A DNA stretch of 22,583 bases, taken from positions 1 through 22,583 of IMG/VR virus record IMGVR_UViG_2724679236_000013; one strand, written 5' to 3'. Below the pieces are notes generated by a model. The model was given only the letters and a program-made list of their open reading frames with translations. It was not told the DNA's origin and did not search any database. Below, piece after piece: positions 1 through 9,353 of this stretch. Each line of letters starts with the position of its first letter. Within the stretch, counting starts at the first letter, position 1. A program made the translations under genes and the position numbers. The DNA comes from a virus (taxonomy: Duplodnaviria > Heunggongvirae > Uroviricota > Caudoviricetes).

Positions 1-2181
1 TTATGCTACAACTCCACCATTAACCAAAAGTCTCTCGGCTCCATTACTGCTTCCTGCCCCACCATTTGAGAACCTGTTTGTTACACCGTAGTAGAAATTG
101 GGATTCACAAAAGCATTGGCAGAACCTGTTGTTCTTGCAAGCCTGAAGGCATTTTTTGTGCCAATAAATGTTATCCCTCCCCATGGCAGTTGAATTGTTG
201 TGTCAACATAAGTCTGACACCACACACCATATGCAAATCCCTTAATTACACCACCAATAATAATTGCATTTGAAGGTTCTCCTGCAACATAAACTGCGGA
301 GTTAGCCGTTGAGTCTGTCAGGGTTCCTTTCGCATTCAGATTATTCAGGGTACTTGTTGCCGCCGCACCTGATGCAAAAACGACACCATATCCATCCGTG
401 GCTCTTTCAACAACAATGTTATTGAGGATGTGATCACCAAAGACTGTCGCTCCAGATACTGGAGAGAGAAATACACTATTACCCGCAGCCCTGACAGTCC
501 TGTGGCCATTAACAACAACACCATTAGCTTCACCAGTAATGTATATTCCTGAACCTTTGCTATCAAAATCTACATTATTAATCATTGTTAACTTTGAATT
601 ACCCACTCTATCCTGAATACGATAAGCCCCTGAACCAGATTGACCAAATCCTGAAACAATATTGTTTGAGATTACATCTCCATCAACAATGTCTCCAATA
701 AGTATACCTCCAGAGATATTTGAAGAATCTGTTTTGATGCCAACATTATAGATAATATTGGCATCAATAATTGATGGTGGATACGAGACAGAGCCGTCTG
801 CCCCGCCTGAACGATAAATGCCAGTCCAGTTAGTATCACGAATGATATTATGTGCAATCAATATTGAACCGCCGTAAGTTTGATGGCTATTATAGCCAAA
901 CTCAATACCGTGCCTTTTATTGATTAGCGATGAATCCTTCGCAGTGAAATCAGAGTTGTAGGTGAGAATTGTGTTATTTGTAATAATAATATCCCTGTCA
1001 GCAGACAAGGCGTTCACATTTATTCCCTGGCTGGCATCTGACAGTAGCAAATTACCTATAATTTTACCTCCCTTTGATGCCCCTGGAGTACCAGTGTAAG
1101 CGACTATATCACCTCCAGTGGCAAATGTACTGGTTAGGTCCCAATCATTAAGCCAGCATAAATTATCAATAGCTTCCCACTGCCTGCAGCTCTGGAAGAA
1201 TATCCCTGCATTTTTCCATCCGATGCTTCTGCAGCGCCTAACAAATGCCTGCTTAAGTCCAACCATTCTAAATCCATTTGCAGTTTCAGCAGCCGTAGAT
1301 GGTGTCGCACTAACGTTTTTAACTTCAAGCCCTTCCAATTGAAAGATTGTTTGGTCATTTTCAGGCGCCATTACACCGTTAATTTCTGGCGCGGTATATT
1401 CAACTATCATACCGTCGGCAGTTACCCATGGATTAACGCCAGTAAACAAAAGGCCGACTGATGACCTGAATACGCCAGGACTACCAATACAACGATTTTG
1501 AGTGGCCCACCTTGAAAGACCAGTTGCACTGTCAAAGGTATCGTCATCAGGTATAGCACCACATTCTGGCGGAGTGAGAGCATCTTTCTTAACGTTAATC
1601 CATCTCCCCTGACCACTAACTGATGATGGCATGATGACTGAGAATCCATCATGGGCCTCTGTGCTAGTTGCATTCCATCTGAAACAACCACCACCAACAC
1701 CTCTTCCAGCATGAAAGCTTTTTACCGACACTCTCTCCCCGTTATCAATCAGGGACAATTGGGAGAAGGATTGCAAGTCCGCTACCGATTCAAACTCCCC
1801 AATCATCGACATGCCATATGGAGCTTCCAAGTCATGTTTTAGCGCGGCAGGATCATACTTCAACACATTAGGAAAATAGAACTGCTGAGCACCATACGCA
1901 TCATAAACAGCCATAGAATGGCCATGTACAGTAACGAATTTGGCAATCTGTCCGTTATATACCGGATATCCAGCAGCGTTAATGATGATTGGTTGCGAAA
2001 CAGGAATGTGAGAGCCGTCTTCGTTCTCCACATAAACCTGAATCTGGTTTTCAGGATTTACCGGGTCTGTGTCAATTTTACCGATATAAATTTTGCCATT
2101 GGCTACGGCTTTAAAAGAACGCGCCATAGTGAAGAGTTGCGAAGGCATCGATACAATCACATTGGCTGTAATGTCTGTCAT
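1..2181 (-). CDS. Tailspike protein (P22 gp9 family), 726 aa: conserved N-terminal head-binding domain, divergent C-terminal receptor-binding domain
   Basis: The first ~110 aa ([13 protein letters not shown]...[23 protein letters not shown]...VLKYDP) closely match the P22 tailspike head-binding domain as I remember it; the remainder is Gly/Asn/Ile-rich as expected for a beta-helix. Stop codon TAA lies at positions 1-3. Last gene of the late block, as in P22. Confidence 0.9.
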   Translation of the reverse strand: MTDITANVIVSMPSQLFTMARSFKAVANGKIYIGKIDTDPVNPENQIQVYVENEDGSHIPVSQPIIINAAGYPVYNGQIAKFVTVHGHSMAVYDAYGAQQFYFPNVLKYDPAALKHDLEAPYGMSMIGEFESVADLQSFSQLSLIDNGERVSVKSFHAGRGVGGGCFRWNATSTEAHDGFSVIMPSSVSGQGRWINVKKDALTPPECGAIPDDDTFDSATGLSRWATQNRCIGSPGVFRSSVGLLFTGVNPWVTADGMIVEYTAPEINGVMAPENDQTIFQLEGLEVKNVSATPSTAAETANGFRMVGLKQAFVRRCRSIGWKNAGIFFQSCRQWEAIDNLCWLNDWDLTSTFATGGDIVAYTGTPGASKGGKIIGNLLLSDASQGINVNALSADRDIIITNNTILTYNSDFTAKDSSLINKRHGIEFGYNSHQTYGGSILIAHNIIRDTNWTGIYRSGGADGSVSYPPSIIDANIIYNVGIKTDSSNISGGILIGDIVDGDVISNNIVSGFGQSGSGAYRIQDRVGNSKLTMINNVDFDSKGSGIYITGEANGVVVNGHRTVRAAGNSVFLSPVSGATVFGDHILNNIVVERATDGYGVVFASGAAATSTLNNLNAKGTLTDSTANSAVYVAGEPSNAIIIGGVIKGFAYGVWCQTYVDTTIQLPWGGITFIGTKNAFRLARTTGSANAFVNPNFYYGVTNRFSNGGAGSSNGAERLLVNGGVVA

Positions 2182-2239
2182 TTAATTTGCTCCAGATACA
2201 AGGAATCGCCGCAGCATGGCTACGGTGAATTTTGGGCAT

Positions 2240-2263
2240 AAAAAAACCCAGCCGAAGCTGGGT
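2240..2263 (-). terminator. Rho-independent terminator downstream of ant
   Basis: Perfect 7-bp stem ACCCAGC / GCTGGGT with a 4-nt loop; on the minus strand it is followed by a run of seven T. Lies between the ant stop (2304) and the tailspike start (2181). Confidence 0.6.
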
Positions 2264-2303
2264 CGTTGCGTTGGTTATTGACCTACACTTTTCGTGCAGG
2301 TAG

Positions 2304-3206
2304 TTAAAGTTTAATTGAGTGGCACGCTCTATCACGTATCGCTGCGAATGAAGCTATCTCTTTAAGTGCCCAGCTTTGCTCAGCCATTAAATGGCGAAGT
2401 GCTTTTAGCTCGGCTCTTACTGCTGAAACGTCATACCCCGCTTTTGTCAGAATATCGATTAGTTTATACGCCGGACTGCATTCAACGAGTGCGCTGCGGT
2501 CAAGAGCAACAGTATCACCGCATTGCTGCCTGATAATGGCGTAAGGTGCATTTTCAGCAAACCATGAAATCGGGAAGTTAATATCCAGTTTCGGCGCTGG
2601 TAACTCTTCTTGTTTGCCGATGAACTCACCTTCAAGCACTACCCTGTGGATGTACTCTACGGCTTGCGGTATCTGAGATGCATCAAGCTCTTCAATACTT
2701 TCCACATTGAAACGCTGATGAATCATTGCATAAGCTTCTGGGTACATTAGATGCTTTTTGCTGACTAGCATATTTACAGCATCACGAAGCGGAGTCCTGT
2801 CATCAACAGATGTTTTCTTACGTGCATTTTCTGCCTTTCCCTTTGTCCAGTAGTCATGCAGCACAGTAAAGCATTCTTCCTGGTACTGAATCAGTTTATC
2901 GCGGATGTCAGCACGAACTTTCTCAGGGTTGATGCTGAACAGCCATCCATTTAACTTCTTCAAAGGAAGGCAGAGTAACTTACGAAGCTTCCCATCAGCG
3001 GCAACCATGTTCATATGAACACAGTTGAATTTGCTAATCTGCTTCATGAGTTTTGTTTGCTGCGTTGACCAGCTCATTCCAAGGTTTTCAACGATTGGCT
3101 TCATCGCAACATATGCAACTCCGGCAGCCATGGCGGTGATAATTTGCTGACCGTTGAATGGTACGTAAGAGGTGTTCACTGCTTCTAAAATTGCTATACT
3201 ATTCAT
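2304..3206 (-). CDS. ant: Antirepressor Ant (immI region), 300 aa
   Basis: Lies directly downstream of the Arc-like gene and upstream of the tailspike, the P22 immI arrangement. Start chosen at the internal Met ([10 protein letters not shown]...), which is preceded by GGAG; this gives 300 aa, the size I recall for P22 Ant. The 322-aa extension in the ORF track is probably not translated. Confidence 0.75.
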   Translation of the reverse strand: MNSIAILEAVNTSYVPFNGQQIITAMAAGVAYVAMKPIVENLGMSWSTQQTKLMKQISKFNCVHMNMVAADGKLRKLLCLPLKKLNGWLFSINPEKVRADIRDKLIQYQEECFTVLHDYWTKGKAENARKKTSVDDRTPLRDAVNMLVSKKHLMYPEAYAMIHQRFNVESIEELDASQIPQAVEYIHRVVLEGEFIGKQEELPAPKLDINFPISWFAENAPYAIIRQQCGDTVALDRSALVECSPAYKLIDILTKAGYDVSAVRAELKALRHLMAEQSWALKEIASFAAIRDRACHSIKL

Positions 3207-3438
3207 GTTGGTTTTTCTCCACGGATTTACTGACAACCGAAGCCCTGACTGTTCCCGCAGTTGGGGCTTCACTGTTTTGATTTCTTTGCCGCATCAAGCA
3301 TCACTTCTGAAAACGTGCGCTTGCCACTGAATACTCTTTCTCTTCTCAATTTTTCGTTCGTGCCAAATGATTCGCCATGAACAAAATTTGGTCTTAAAAT
3401 GGTAATCGCAATCTCTTTGACTACTGCATCCAAGCGAA

Positions 3439-3579
3439 TCACACCGTTATCCCCTCTCTCTTCAGGCTGTCCATCACCCGTTTAATTACTTCTGCGCTAA
3501 ATGAGCGACACTCTTCCTTTGCTTTCTCTTCAAGGATTTTTTCTAACTTCTCTGGCATACGCAGTGTTTTTACCTTCAT
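3439..3579 (-). CDS. arc: Arc-like ribbon-helix-helix repressor, 46 aa (below the ORF-track length cutoff)
   Basis: Hand translation of the minus strand gives MKVKTLRMPEKLEKILEEKAKEECRSFSAEVIKRVMDSLKREGITV, preceded by GGAGG. It resembles P22 Arc (…FNLRWPREVLDLVRKVAEENGRSVNSEIYQRVMESFKKEG…, from memory). Sits immediately upstream of ant. Confidence 0.7.
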   Translation of the reverse strand: MKVKTLRMPEKLEKILEEKAKEECRSFSAEVIKRVMDSLKREGITV

Positions 3580-3683
3580 TGCATCCTCCGTTGTATGTGG
3601 TACGCATACATAGTATTTAGGTACGCATTGATAGTCAATAGATACCTACATATCCTGTGGTAAAAATTATTCAGGATGCGCCG
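3580..3683. promoter_or_regulatory. Divergent promoter/operator region between arc-ant and the Mnt-like genes
   Basis: A 104-bp AT-rich spacer between divergent starts. GGTACGCAT occurs at 3599-3607 and 3620-3628 (21-bp spacing), and an inverted repeat TAGGTA (3618-3623) / TACCTA (3643-3648) is present. Position corresponds to P22 Pant/Pmnt with the Arc and Mnt operators. Confidence 0.45.
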
Positions 3684-3941
3684 ATGTCTGATCGTAAGTA
3701 CAAAAACCCTCAAGTGAATCTGAGGCTTCCTGTAGAGATAAAGGAACGTCTTATTGAACTGGCTGAGGCTAATTCTCGTTCATTAAATGCTGAGATGGTC
3801 GCAGCACTTGAAGCATGGACCGAAAAAAACAAACACATTCAAGCACTAGATCTTGCAACTATAGCATCACGATTGATAGATCTTGAGCATGATGTTGAGA
3901 AGTTGAAATGCATGTATGGCAACGATGAAAACAAAGGTTAG
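3684..3941 (+). CDS. Mnt-like ribbon-helix-helix repressor, 85 aa
   Basis: The N-terminus (NLRLPVEIKERLIELAEANSRSLNAEMVAAL) has the Arc/Mnt RHH signature and resembles P22 Mnt as I remember it. ATG at 3684 is preceded by AGGA; the ORF track's start at 3657 is a GTG without an obvious ribosome-binding site. Divergent from arc-ant, as mnt is in P22. Confidence 0.6.
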   Translation: MSDRKYKNPQVNLRLPVEIKERLIELAEANSRSLNAEMVAALEAWTEKNKHIQALDLATIASRLIDLEHDVEKLKCMYGNDENKG

Positions 3942-4182
3942 AGACATAGCCCCATATAGCGTAAGAATGCCAGATAGCCTCAAGCGCGACCTGACCATAA
4001 GAGCATCGAAAAACGGACGCTCATTAAATTCAGAAATAGTTATGATCTTGCAAGCCGCTATTGATGAAGAAAAATCACCAAGATCGATAGAAGGTTTTGC
4101 TCAACAAGAATCTGAAAAATTTAGGGAGGCTCTTCTTAAGACTCTCAGCAGCATGTACGGAGAAGATAAAAAACCCACCTGA
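3916..4182 (+). CDS. Second Mnt/Arc-like RHH protein (paralog of the upstream gene), 88 aa
   Basis: RHH-like N-terminus (VRMPDSLKRDLTIRASKNGRSLNSEIVMILQAA). Its C-terminus ends ...MYGEDKKPT, against ...MYGNDENKG in the upstream protein. Start is uncertain (ATG at 3916 or 3925, neither with a strong ribosome-binding site); it overlaps the upstream stop, suggesting translational coupling. Confidence 0.5.
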   Translation: MATMKTKVRDIAPYSVRMPDSLKRDLTIRASKNGRSLNSEIVMILQAAIDEEKSPRSIEGFAQQESEKFREALLKTLSSMYGEDKKPT

Positions 4183-4192
4183 CGGTGGGTTT
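4168..4192. terminator. Bidirectional rho-independent terminator between convergent genes
   Basis: AAAAAA-CCCACC-tgac-GGTGGG-TTT: a 6-bp GC-rich stem flanked by an A-run and a T-run. It overlaps the stop of the + strand RHH gene and sits directly beside the stop of the minus-strand toxin-like gene (4191). Confidence 0.55.
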
Positions 4193-4640
4193 AGTCAAAC
4201 ATAGTGTTTCTAAAGTCTCTCGCATACCCTGCTAACACTCTCATTCTATTATGATTGTTAGCAGACATGTGAGCTACAGGATGAAAAAGAGCAATCAATG
4301 AATACCTGTTCTCATCAAAAAGATTTTGTGCATAAACGAGAGCGGTATTGGATGTTTTATGCCACTGCAACTTTTGCGGTGTGCTGATATCTGTGCCATT
4401 TTTTATTGGCTCAAATTTATTTTCACCAATTGCTAAATGAAGGTGCATAAGGCCTGCATCTTCAATATCAGGAGGTCGATGATAAGAGGTGTCTCTGCCA
4501 AAATAGCTGGGCAACGTTCCCGTAGACTTGTAGATGATAAAATCATCTACAAGTGTTTGTTTTAAATCAGGAAACTCAACAAAAACCGGGGAGAAAAAAT
4601 AGTCAAAACTATCCTGATTATATTCCACGGTTACTTGCAT
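4191..4640 (-). CDS. Putative YafO-family toxin-like protein, 149 aa
   Basis: Motifs YFGRD...HLHLA...ALVYAQNLFDE...LIALFHP...NHNRM resemble E. coli YafO (ribosome-dependent mRNA interferase) as I recall it; not verified by search. GAGG ribosome-binding site; start lies 8 nt after the upstream gene's stop. AT-rich cargo DNA. Confidence 0.5.
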   Translation of the reverse strand: MQVTVEYNQDSFDYFFSPVFVEFPDLKQTLVDDFIIYKSTGTLPSYFGRDTSYHRPPDIEDAGLMHLHLAIGENKFEPIKNGTDISTPQKLQWHKTSNTALVYAQNLFDENRYSLIALFHPVAHMSANNHNRMRVLAGYARDFRNTMFD

Positions 4641-4648
4641 GTTTTACC

Positions 4649-5215
4649 TCAGTGGAAGTTACCAGAGTGAAACACACGAGTCCCGTGCTCAGCAAGCGCA
4701 CGCAAACCAGCCATATCTACGGAACTATCAAAAACAACCGGAACACATGAGCGTTGTTTAATAAGACTATTCAGGTTGGTTACGGCAGATCTGGCATCAG
4801 CAACAACGATATAGATATCTCTTGCGATCTCTTTAAAATCAGCAGAAGCTTCTTTGAATACCGATTTCATTGCCCCTTCAAGTCCTCTCAATTGATGCTC
4901 TATCAATCGAGACTTTTCTGGTTCAATGATAGACAACACATTGTCTACATTCTCATCGGTAGCGTTTGCAAGAACACGATAAGCGTATTTCAGCATTCGA
5001 GACAATTCTTTAATCGAAGACACCGCCTCATGAAGCTCATCATTAGCCCGTTCACTGCTGAATGAGGATTGATGGTAAGCGTGCTGAACGTTATCAGTAA
5101 CAACCACCTCACAACTGAACGCAGAAGCTTGCTGTAATAGCAAACCTATTGCGACTCCAGCTTTGGCAGCGTTCAAGCTAAACATTTCATCAATCCTATT
5201 AGTCTCATTGCTCAT
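4649..5215 (-). CDS. Hypothetical protein, 188 aa, translationally coupled upstream partner of the YafO-like ORF (candidate non-canonical antitoxin or regulator)
   Basis: Strong ribosome-binding site AAGGAGG 5 nt upstream of the ATG at 5215 (the ORF track's longer form starts at a TTG). No resemblance to YafN/DinJ/RelB or RHH antitoxins that I can recognise; no transmembrane segment evident. Confidence 0.6.
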   Translation of the reverse strand: MSNETNRIDEMFSLNAAKAGVAIGLLLQQASAFSCEVVVTDNVQHAYHQSSFSSERANDELHEAVSSIKELSRMLKYAYRVLANATDENVDNVLSIIEPEKSRLIEHQLRGLEGAMKSVFKEASADFKEIARDIYIVVADARSAVTNLNSLIKQRSCVPVVFDSSVDMAGLRALAEHGTRVFHSGNFH

Positions 5216-5390
5216 ACAAACCTCCTTCTTATCGGAGATTATCAATAGCTATGCATCCATTGAATACACGCTATGCGCAATAAGTTTACGTCACGTGATA
5301 TCATTATGCAACCACCGTTCTATCACCGACTAACTTTACTCCCACTCCTATACATCATCTGGTATCCTGCGCAAAACTAAGGAGGTTGGT
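5216..5390. promoter_or_regulatory. Divergent intergenic control region of the cargo island
   Basis: A 175-bp AT-rich spacer between divergent starts (5215 minus, 5391 plus). It contains overlapping 8-bp palindromes TCACGTGA (5291-5298) and TGATATCA (5296-5303), candidate operator sites. Confidence 0.4.
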
Positions 5391-5813
5391 GTGTTTGGTA
5401 TATTAAAGAAAAGCAAGATAAAAAAATTAAGGGCAGAACTCGCCGAAACACAAAAACTGGCTTCACATTTTTACAAAATGAAATACGACGCTGAAGAGCG
5501 TGCATTCGTTGAGTTATGCGATTTATCTATTCGTATGGGAGTAGAGCCAGATGTAGCGGCAAAAACTCAACAAGGCATTGATATACTTGCAGATGTTGTT
5601 TTAAACAGGCAATATGCGTTTTATCTAAACGAGAAGGCCATTCAGATTTACTCGCAAATCTTCCTCCTAGAAAAAAGAAGAGGAACTCACGATCGAGAAG
5701 AGTGGTTAAATGAAGTTGTTAAAAAATCTGGCTGGGAAGTTGTTTCATCAGAACTACCTCTTATTTGTGCTGATTTAATCGAAGAGGCAAAAGAGCGCCT
5801 ATCCGATGGCTAG
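5391..5813 (+). CDS. Hypothetical protein, 140 aa (cargo gene of unknown function)
   Basis: GTG start at 5391 preceded by AAGGAGG at 5-nt spacing. Divergent from the toxin-like operon and convergent on gp16; no recognisable domain. Confidence 0.55.
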   Translation: MFGILKKSKIKKLRAELAETQKLASHFYKMKYDAEERAFVELCDLSIRMGVEPDVAAKTQQGIDILADVVLNRQYAFYLNEKAIQIYSQIFLLEKRRGTHDREEWLNEVVKKSGWEVVSSELPLICADLIEEAKERLSDG

Positions 5814-5837
5814 ACGAATCCATCCGTGGATTACTAA

Positions 5838-7994
5838 TTACTCCTGTGCCATTCCGCTTAGCGATGCCACAATTCCAGCTCTTGCTAAACGCTGGAACTC
5901 TTCGTTTCCTAGTGCCTCGCGTATTGCCTTTACGGCGGCCTTATTTGCCATAAATCTGCGTTCCGCCGCCGCTAATGCACCATCACTTGCCCCAACCTTA
6001 ACTGCCTTTGTTGCCTCTTGAACAGCCTTTTCAATAGCGTAACGACCACTGCGGGATGCAGCTAACTTTTCTATCGTCCCTTTAGCTATAGATCCAGAAA
6101 CAGCCCCTACAACACCGCCAACAATCCCTCCACCAGTAGTACCAACAATAGCCCCTGATGTTGAATTGCCTATTGCATTGAGAACTGTCATGACAGCTTT
6201 TGGCAGTCCTTGCTCAAGAGAGTTAATTGCCGGTATAGAGCGCCCCGTATGCTCTACATATCGCAGTGGTCTGGTTGCTGCTCTGGCAAGGTCGCTGTAT
6301 GCCCTAGCAATCTTACCCATTTCTGGCGAGTGCCTACTAATGGCAGTAATGTTCTGCGGCGTAAGGATCGACGCTATATGGAATACGCCAGCAGACTCTG
6401 ATTTACCGCCACGCACCCCTTGCGATACCGCATCTTGTAATATTGATGCAATTGCAGGAGATCGCTCAGACTCTGGCAGCGCGCCAATAATCTGATGAAA
6501 CTTTCCTGTCCCACTTTTTGATGAATTTTGCAAGGCTTTAATACCATCAGTGACTAACTGATCAGTTGCAAGGTTTCTAAACGCTGCTTCAGCCTGTTCT
6601 TGTGCTGTAAATCTTGCTTTTGACAGATCATTAGCTTTTTGCCAGTCATCAAGAAAACCGCCATTTTGAGCCATTATGCGCATATCTTCCGTTGCTGCAT
6701 CACGAAGCTCCGCCATGCGCCTTGCCGTATTTGCCTCACCAGACCTTATATACTTCTGCTCAGCGTCAGCAAGTTTACTTCGCCATGCCTTCATGGCATC
6801 AAACGTGATTCCTTTTTTACCAGTTTTAGCATAAGCAGATGCAAATTGTTTCATCTCAGGAGTTAGCGGCATGCCAGCCAAAATATCACCCTGAATTGTA
6901 GCGTTCAGGTTTGACATTCTGGCCTTTGCGTCAGGCATCGTGGAGCGGACGCTATCCCATGCTGCCTTTTCTGAGTTCTTCATTTTATCAATACTTGCTA
7001 AAACCCTTTGTTTTATGGCTGCACTTTTTTCTGATGCAGATCCAGCCTCAGCACCAAGTTCATCAAGTGCTGAGTGGAATTTCGACTGTATTTCACTAAA
7101 AGCCCTAGTATGTGCATCCTGAACAATTCCTGGTTCGGATGCCAATATCCCTTCGGCTTGTGCAATTCCACGACTTCCAGATCGCATTCCTGGTGTTAAT
7201 GCGTTTATATCAATTCCAGCAGACTCAGCCGCTTTTGCTACATCTTCGGACACATTAGCGGCCTGACTGGCAATTGACTGACGCCCAGCACCTGACTTTG
7301 CCATCCTGGAAACATCATTAGCAGAATTCAGTGCTGCACCACCAAGAGCCTGTGAAACCCTTGGCGCAATAACGCGCCCGACACCTGAAAGAACGCCTTG
7401 AGCACCAATATTGATACCACCGTTAACGGCAGCATTTTGTGCAAAATCACCCTCCTGATTTGCAGCATCAGCAAGAGAACCGGCAATCATGTTTCCTGCG
7501 GAACCGATGTCTCCTGCGAGCTTTGCTGGCGCTCCAGCAGCTTTTGCTGCTGTGCCAATTGGCAGGAGATACCCACCAATTGTTTCACCGGCTTGCGCGT
7601 AAGGGTCTGTCGGTCGATCGACTGGACGATAGACATCATCCAAAACCTTGGGGCCACCAAGCCCCTGGCTGATTGCATTAATCAGACTTGCGCCACCCTG
7701 CAATACGTCAAATGGTATGTTTACCAGACCACGACCAGCCTGTTCTGCAATTTGCCCTGCACTTTGACCACCTGTGAGCCAATCACCAGCTTGTTGCATC
7801 AATGATGGTTCTTCTTTCTGCTGCTGAGGTGGAGGGTATGCTGCATAAAACTGATCTCTTGCTTCAGCCCATTTGTCACCAGCCTTAGGGGCAACAACCT
7901 CATCAAAATATTGCGCTTGAGCCTGTGCTTTCTGTTCTTCAGTTAACGCCTGATACTGTGGAGAAGCGATAACATCTTTCCATGCTTTAGCCAT
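5838..7994 (-). CDS. Ejection (injection) protein, P22 gp16 family, 718 aa
   Basis: Synteny: last of the gp7/gp20/gp16 trio before the immunity/cargo region. Ala/Gly/Gln-rich composition typical of ejection proteins. Its start overlaps the gp20 stop (TAATG). Confidence 0.7.
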   Translation of the reverse strand: MAKAWKDVIASPQYQALTEEQKAQAQAQYFDEVVAPKAGDKWAEARDQFYAAYPPPQQQKEEPSLMQQAGDWLTGGQSAGQIAEQAGRGLVNIPFDVLQGGASLINAISQGLGGPKVLDDVYRPVDRPTDPYAQAGETIGGYLLPIGTAAKAAGAPAKLAGDIGSAGNMIAGSLADAANQEGDFAQNAAVNGGINIGAQGVLSGVGRVIAPRVSQALGGAALNSANDVSRMAKSGAGRQSIASQAANVSEDVAKAAESAGIDINALTPGMRSGSRGIAQAEGILASEPGIVQDAHTRAFSEIQSKFHSALDELGAEAGSASEKSAAIKQRVLASIDKMKNSEKAAWDSVRSTMPDAKARMSNLNATIQGDILAGMPLTPEMKQFASAYAKTGKKGITFDAMKAWRSKLADAEQKYIRSGEANTARRMAELRDAATEDMRIMAQNGGFLDDWQKANDLSKARFTAQEQAEAAFRNLATDQLVTDGIKALQNSSKSGTGKFHQIIGALPESERSPAIASILQDAVSQGVRGGKSESAGVFHIASILTPQNITAISRHSPEMGKIARAYSDLARAATRPLRYVEHTGRSIPAINSLEQGLPKAVMTVLNAIGNSTSGAIVGTTGGGIVGGVVGAVSGSIAKGTIEKLAASRSGRYAIEKAVQEATKAVKVGASDGALAAAERRFMANKAAVKAIREALGNEEFQRLARAGIVASLSGMAQE

Positions 7995-9343
7995 TAATCA
8001 CCCCATAAAGACGAGAAACCGGACTTATTGCTGTCGCTTCCTGATTTTCGCTCACTAACATATGTGTCATAACCTGATGAACTATATCCCATTGATTCAG
8101 CCTCCCTTGCTGCAACCTTTTGAAATACAGAATATTGCGATCGGATTTCAGATAACTGTTTTCTGACGACCTCTTCAGGCTGTGTTATATCGAGTTTCGC
8201 GATAAGGTTTTCCAGTTTTTGTCCTTCAGCATTGGAGAGGCTACCCATACCTCGCATAGTCTGCACGTTCTGGACAAACGCACCCGACTTTAATTCTTCT
8301 ATCGCATTACGGTTTGCAAGCCCTTCAGCACTTGTGAAGCCATCTATATTTCTTCCTTCGAAGCGACCGATACCTTCAAGCTCCTTCTTACCAAGCAAAG
8401 AATCTATTTTCTCTATCCCTCGCTCACCAGTAATCAACGCATTGTTGTAATTATTGTTGCCATCAAGCCATCTCTTAGCCTGAGACATTCTGGCTGACGT
8501 TGCAGCTTTACCGGTTAGCGGATCAATTCCCGTCGCTGCTATCTGTGAGTTAAGAGACAAAACATCCATATCCTGAAGTTGTCCTGCTCTTTCAAGGGCC
8601 GCCTGTGACTGCTTAAACACATACTTGTCGTGATTCAGTCTTGCCATTTGAGCCTTATAGGAAAGATCCTGCCCCCTAATAGCCCTCGCATTCGTCATGT
8701 CATTATTGCGAATGGTTTCGTTAATTCTTTGCTGCTCCTGCTGGCGACCAACCATCTTATCCTGAACAGCAAAAGCCTTTTCTGGCCCAAGTGCACCGAG
8801 AGACATAGTAGTCAGCATGTGTGATAGCTGCTCTGGATTCTGGATACCTGTCTGAATCATCCAGTCAGCATTAGCACCAACGCGATTTAACCTGTCCTTG
8901 TTGTCAGTAATGAATTTACTGTAGGCTTCCGGTCCCTGAGAAAGAGCGACGTTAGCCCTCATGGCTAAATCGCCCATATCGTTGCGTTGCTGCTCATTAA
9001 GACCGGAAAACGCCTGTTGTGCCTGCGCAACAAATGCTGGATTTTCCTTGGCAAACTTAAATAGTCCCGATGGATCACCAGAAGCCCATGCATCAGCATG
9101 AACCTTATTGAACGCATTAATCGCTTTCTGTTGCTGTTCCTGCTTATAAATATCAGCAGCCCCAGCCAGACCACGTAACGCGGTCAGACCAACGTTATTT
9201 GCACCTGATCGAGCCAGTTCATTGTTTTCGCGGATCAGACCAAGCGTTGCGTTAATGTCGCTTGCCTTTGGCGCATTCTCATTTTGCGCACCAATTCCAG
9301 CCAGAAAACCACCAGAATTAATACCCTGTTGCCAAGTAGCCAT
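7994..9343 (-). CDS. Ejection protein, P22 gp20 family, 449 aa
   Basis: Synteny between the gp7 and gp16 homologs; size close to P22 gp20; tight operon packing. Confidence 0.7.
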   Translation of the reverse strand: MATWQQGINSGGFLAGIGAQNENAPKASDINATLGLIRENNELARSGANNVGLTALRGLAGAADIYKQEQQQKAINAFNKVHADAWASGDPSGLFKFAKENPAFVAQAQQAFSGLNEQQRNDMGDLAMRANVALSQGPEAYSKFITDNKDRLNRVGANADWMIQTGIQNPEQLSHMLTTMSLGALGPEKAFAVQDKMVGRQQEQQRINETIRNNDMTNARAIRGQDLSYKAQMARLNHDKYVFKQSQAALERAGQLQDMDVLSLNSQIAATGIDPLTGKAATSARMSQAKRWLDGNNNYNNALITGERGIEKIDSLLGKKELEGIGRFEGRNIDGFTSAEGLANRNAIEELKSGAFVQNVQTMRGMGSLSNAEGQKLENLIAKLDITQPEEVVRKQLSEIRSQYSVFQKVAAREAESMGYSSSGYDTYVSERKSGSDSNKSGFSSLWGD

Positions 9344-9353
9344 TGATTAACCC

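Noticed and set aside
2295-2307. 13-bp exact repeat TGCAGGTAGTTAA, also at 21974-21986
   Set aside because: A few exact 13-mers are expected by chance in about 22.6 kb; the flanks do not extend the match and there is no consistent positional logic, so it is probably coincidental.
1918-2335. ORFs 1918-2241 (+) and 2111-2335 (-) around the tailspike start
   Set aside because: They overlap the tailspike 5' end, the ant 3' end and the terminator hairpin; no ribosome-binding sites; more parsimonious as non-coding or shadow frames.
3207-3272. N-terminal 22-aa extension of Ant in the ORF track (322-aa form)
   Set aside because: The internal ATG has a GGAG site and yields 300 aa, the size I recall for P22 Ant; the extension has no ribosome-binding site.
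3657-3683. GTG start for the first Mnt-like ORF (94-aa form)
   Set aside because: The ATG at 3684 is preceded by AGGA at good spacing, whereas the GTG has no obvious Shine-Dalgarno sequence; the longer form remains possible.
5216-5245. TTG-initiated 198-aa form of the toxin-partner ORF
   Set aside because: The ATG at 5215 is preceded by a near-consensus AAGGAGG at 5-nt spacing, which is far more likely to be the true start.
5816-5832. Short hairpin AATCCA-tccg-TGGATT between the convergent 140-aa ORF and gp16
   Set aside because: Only a 6-bp AT-rich stem without a clear U-tract; too weak to call a terminator with confidence.
6166-7805. Several + strand ORFs (6166-6495, 6639-6866, 7398-7805)
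   Set aside because: All embedded antisense within the gp16-type ejection gene; no independent support.
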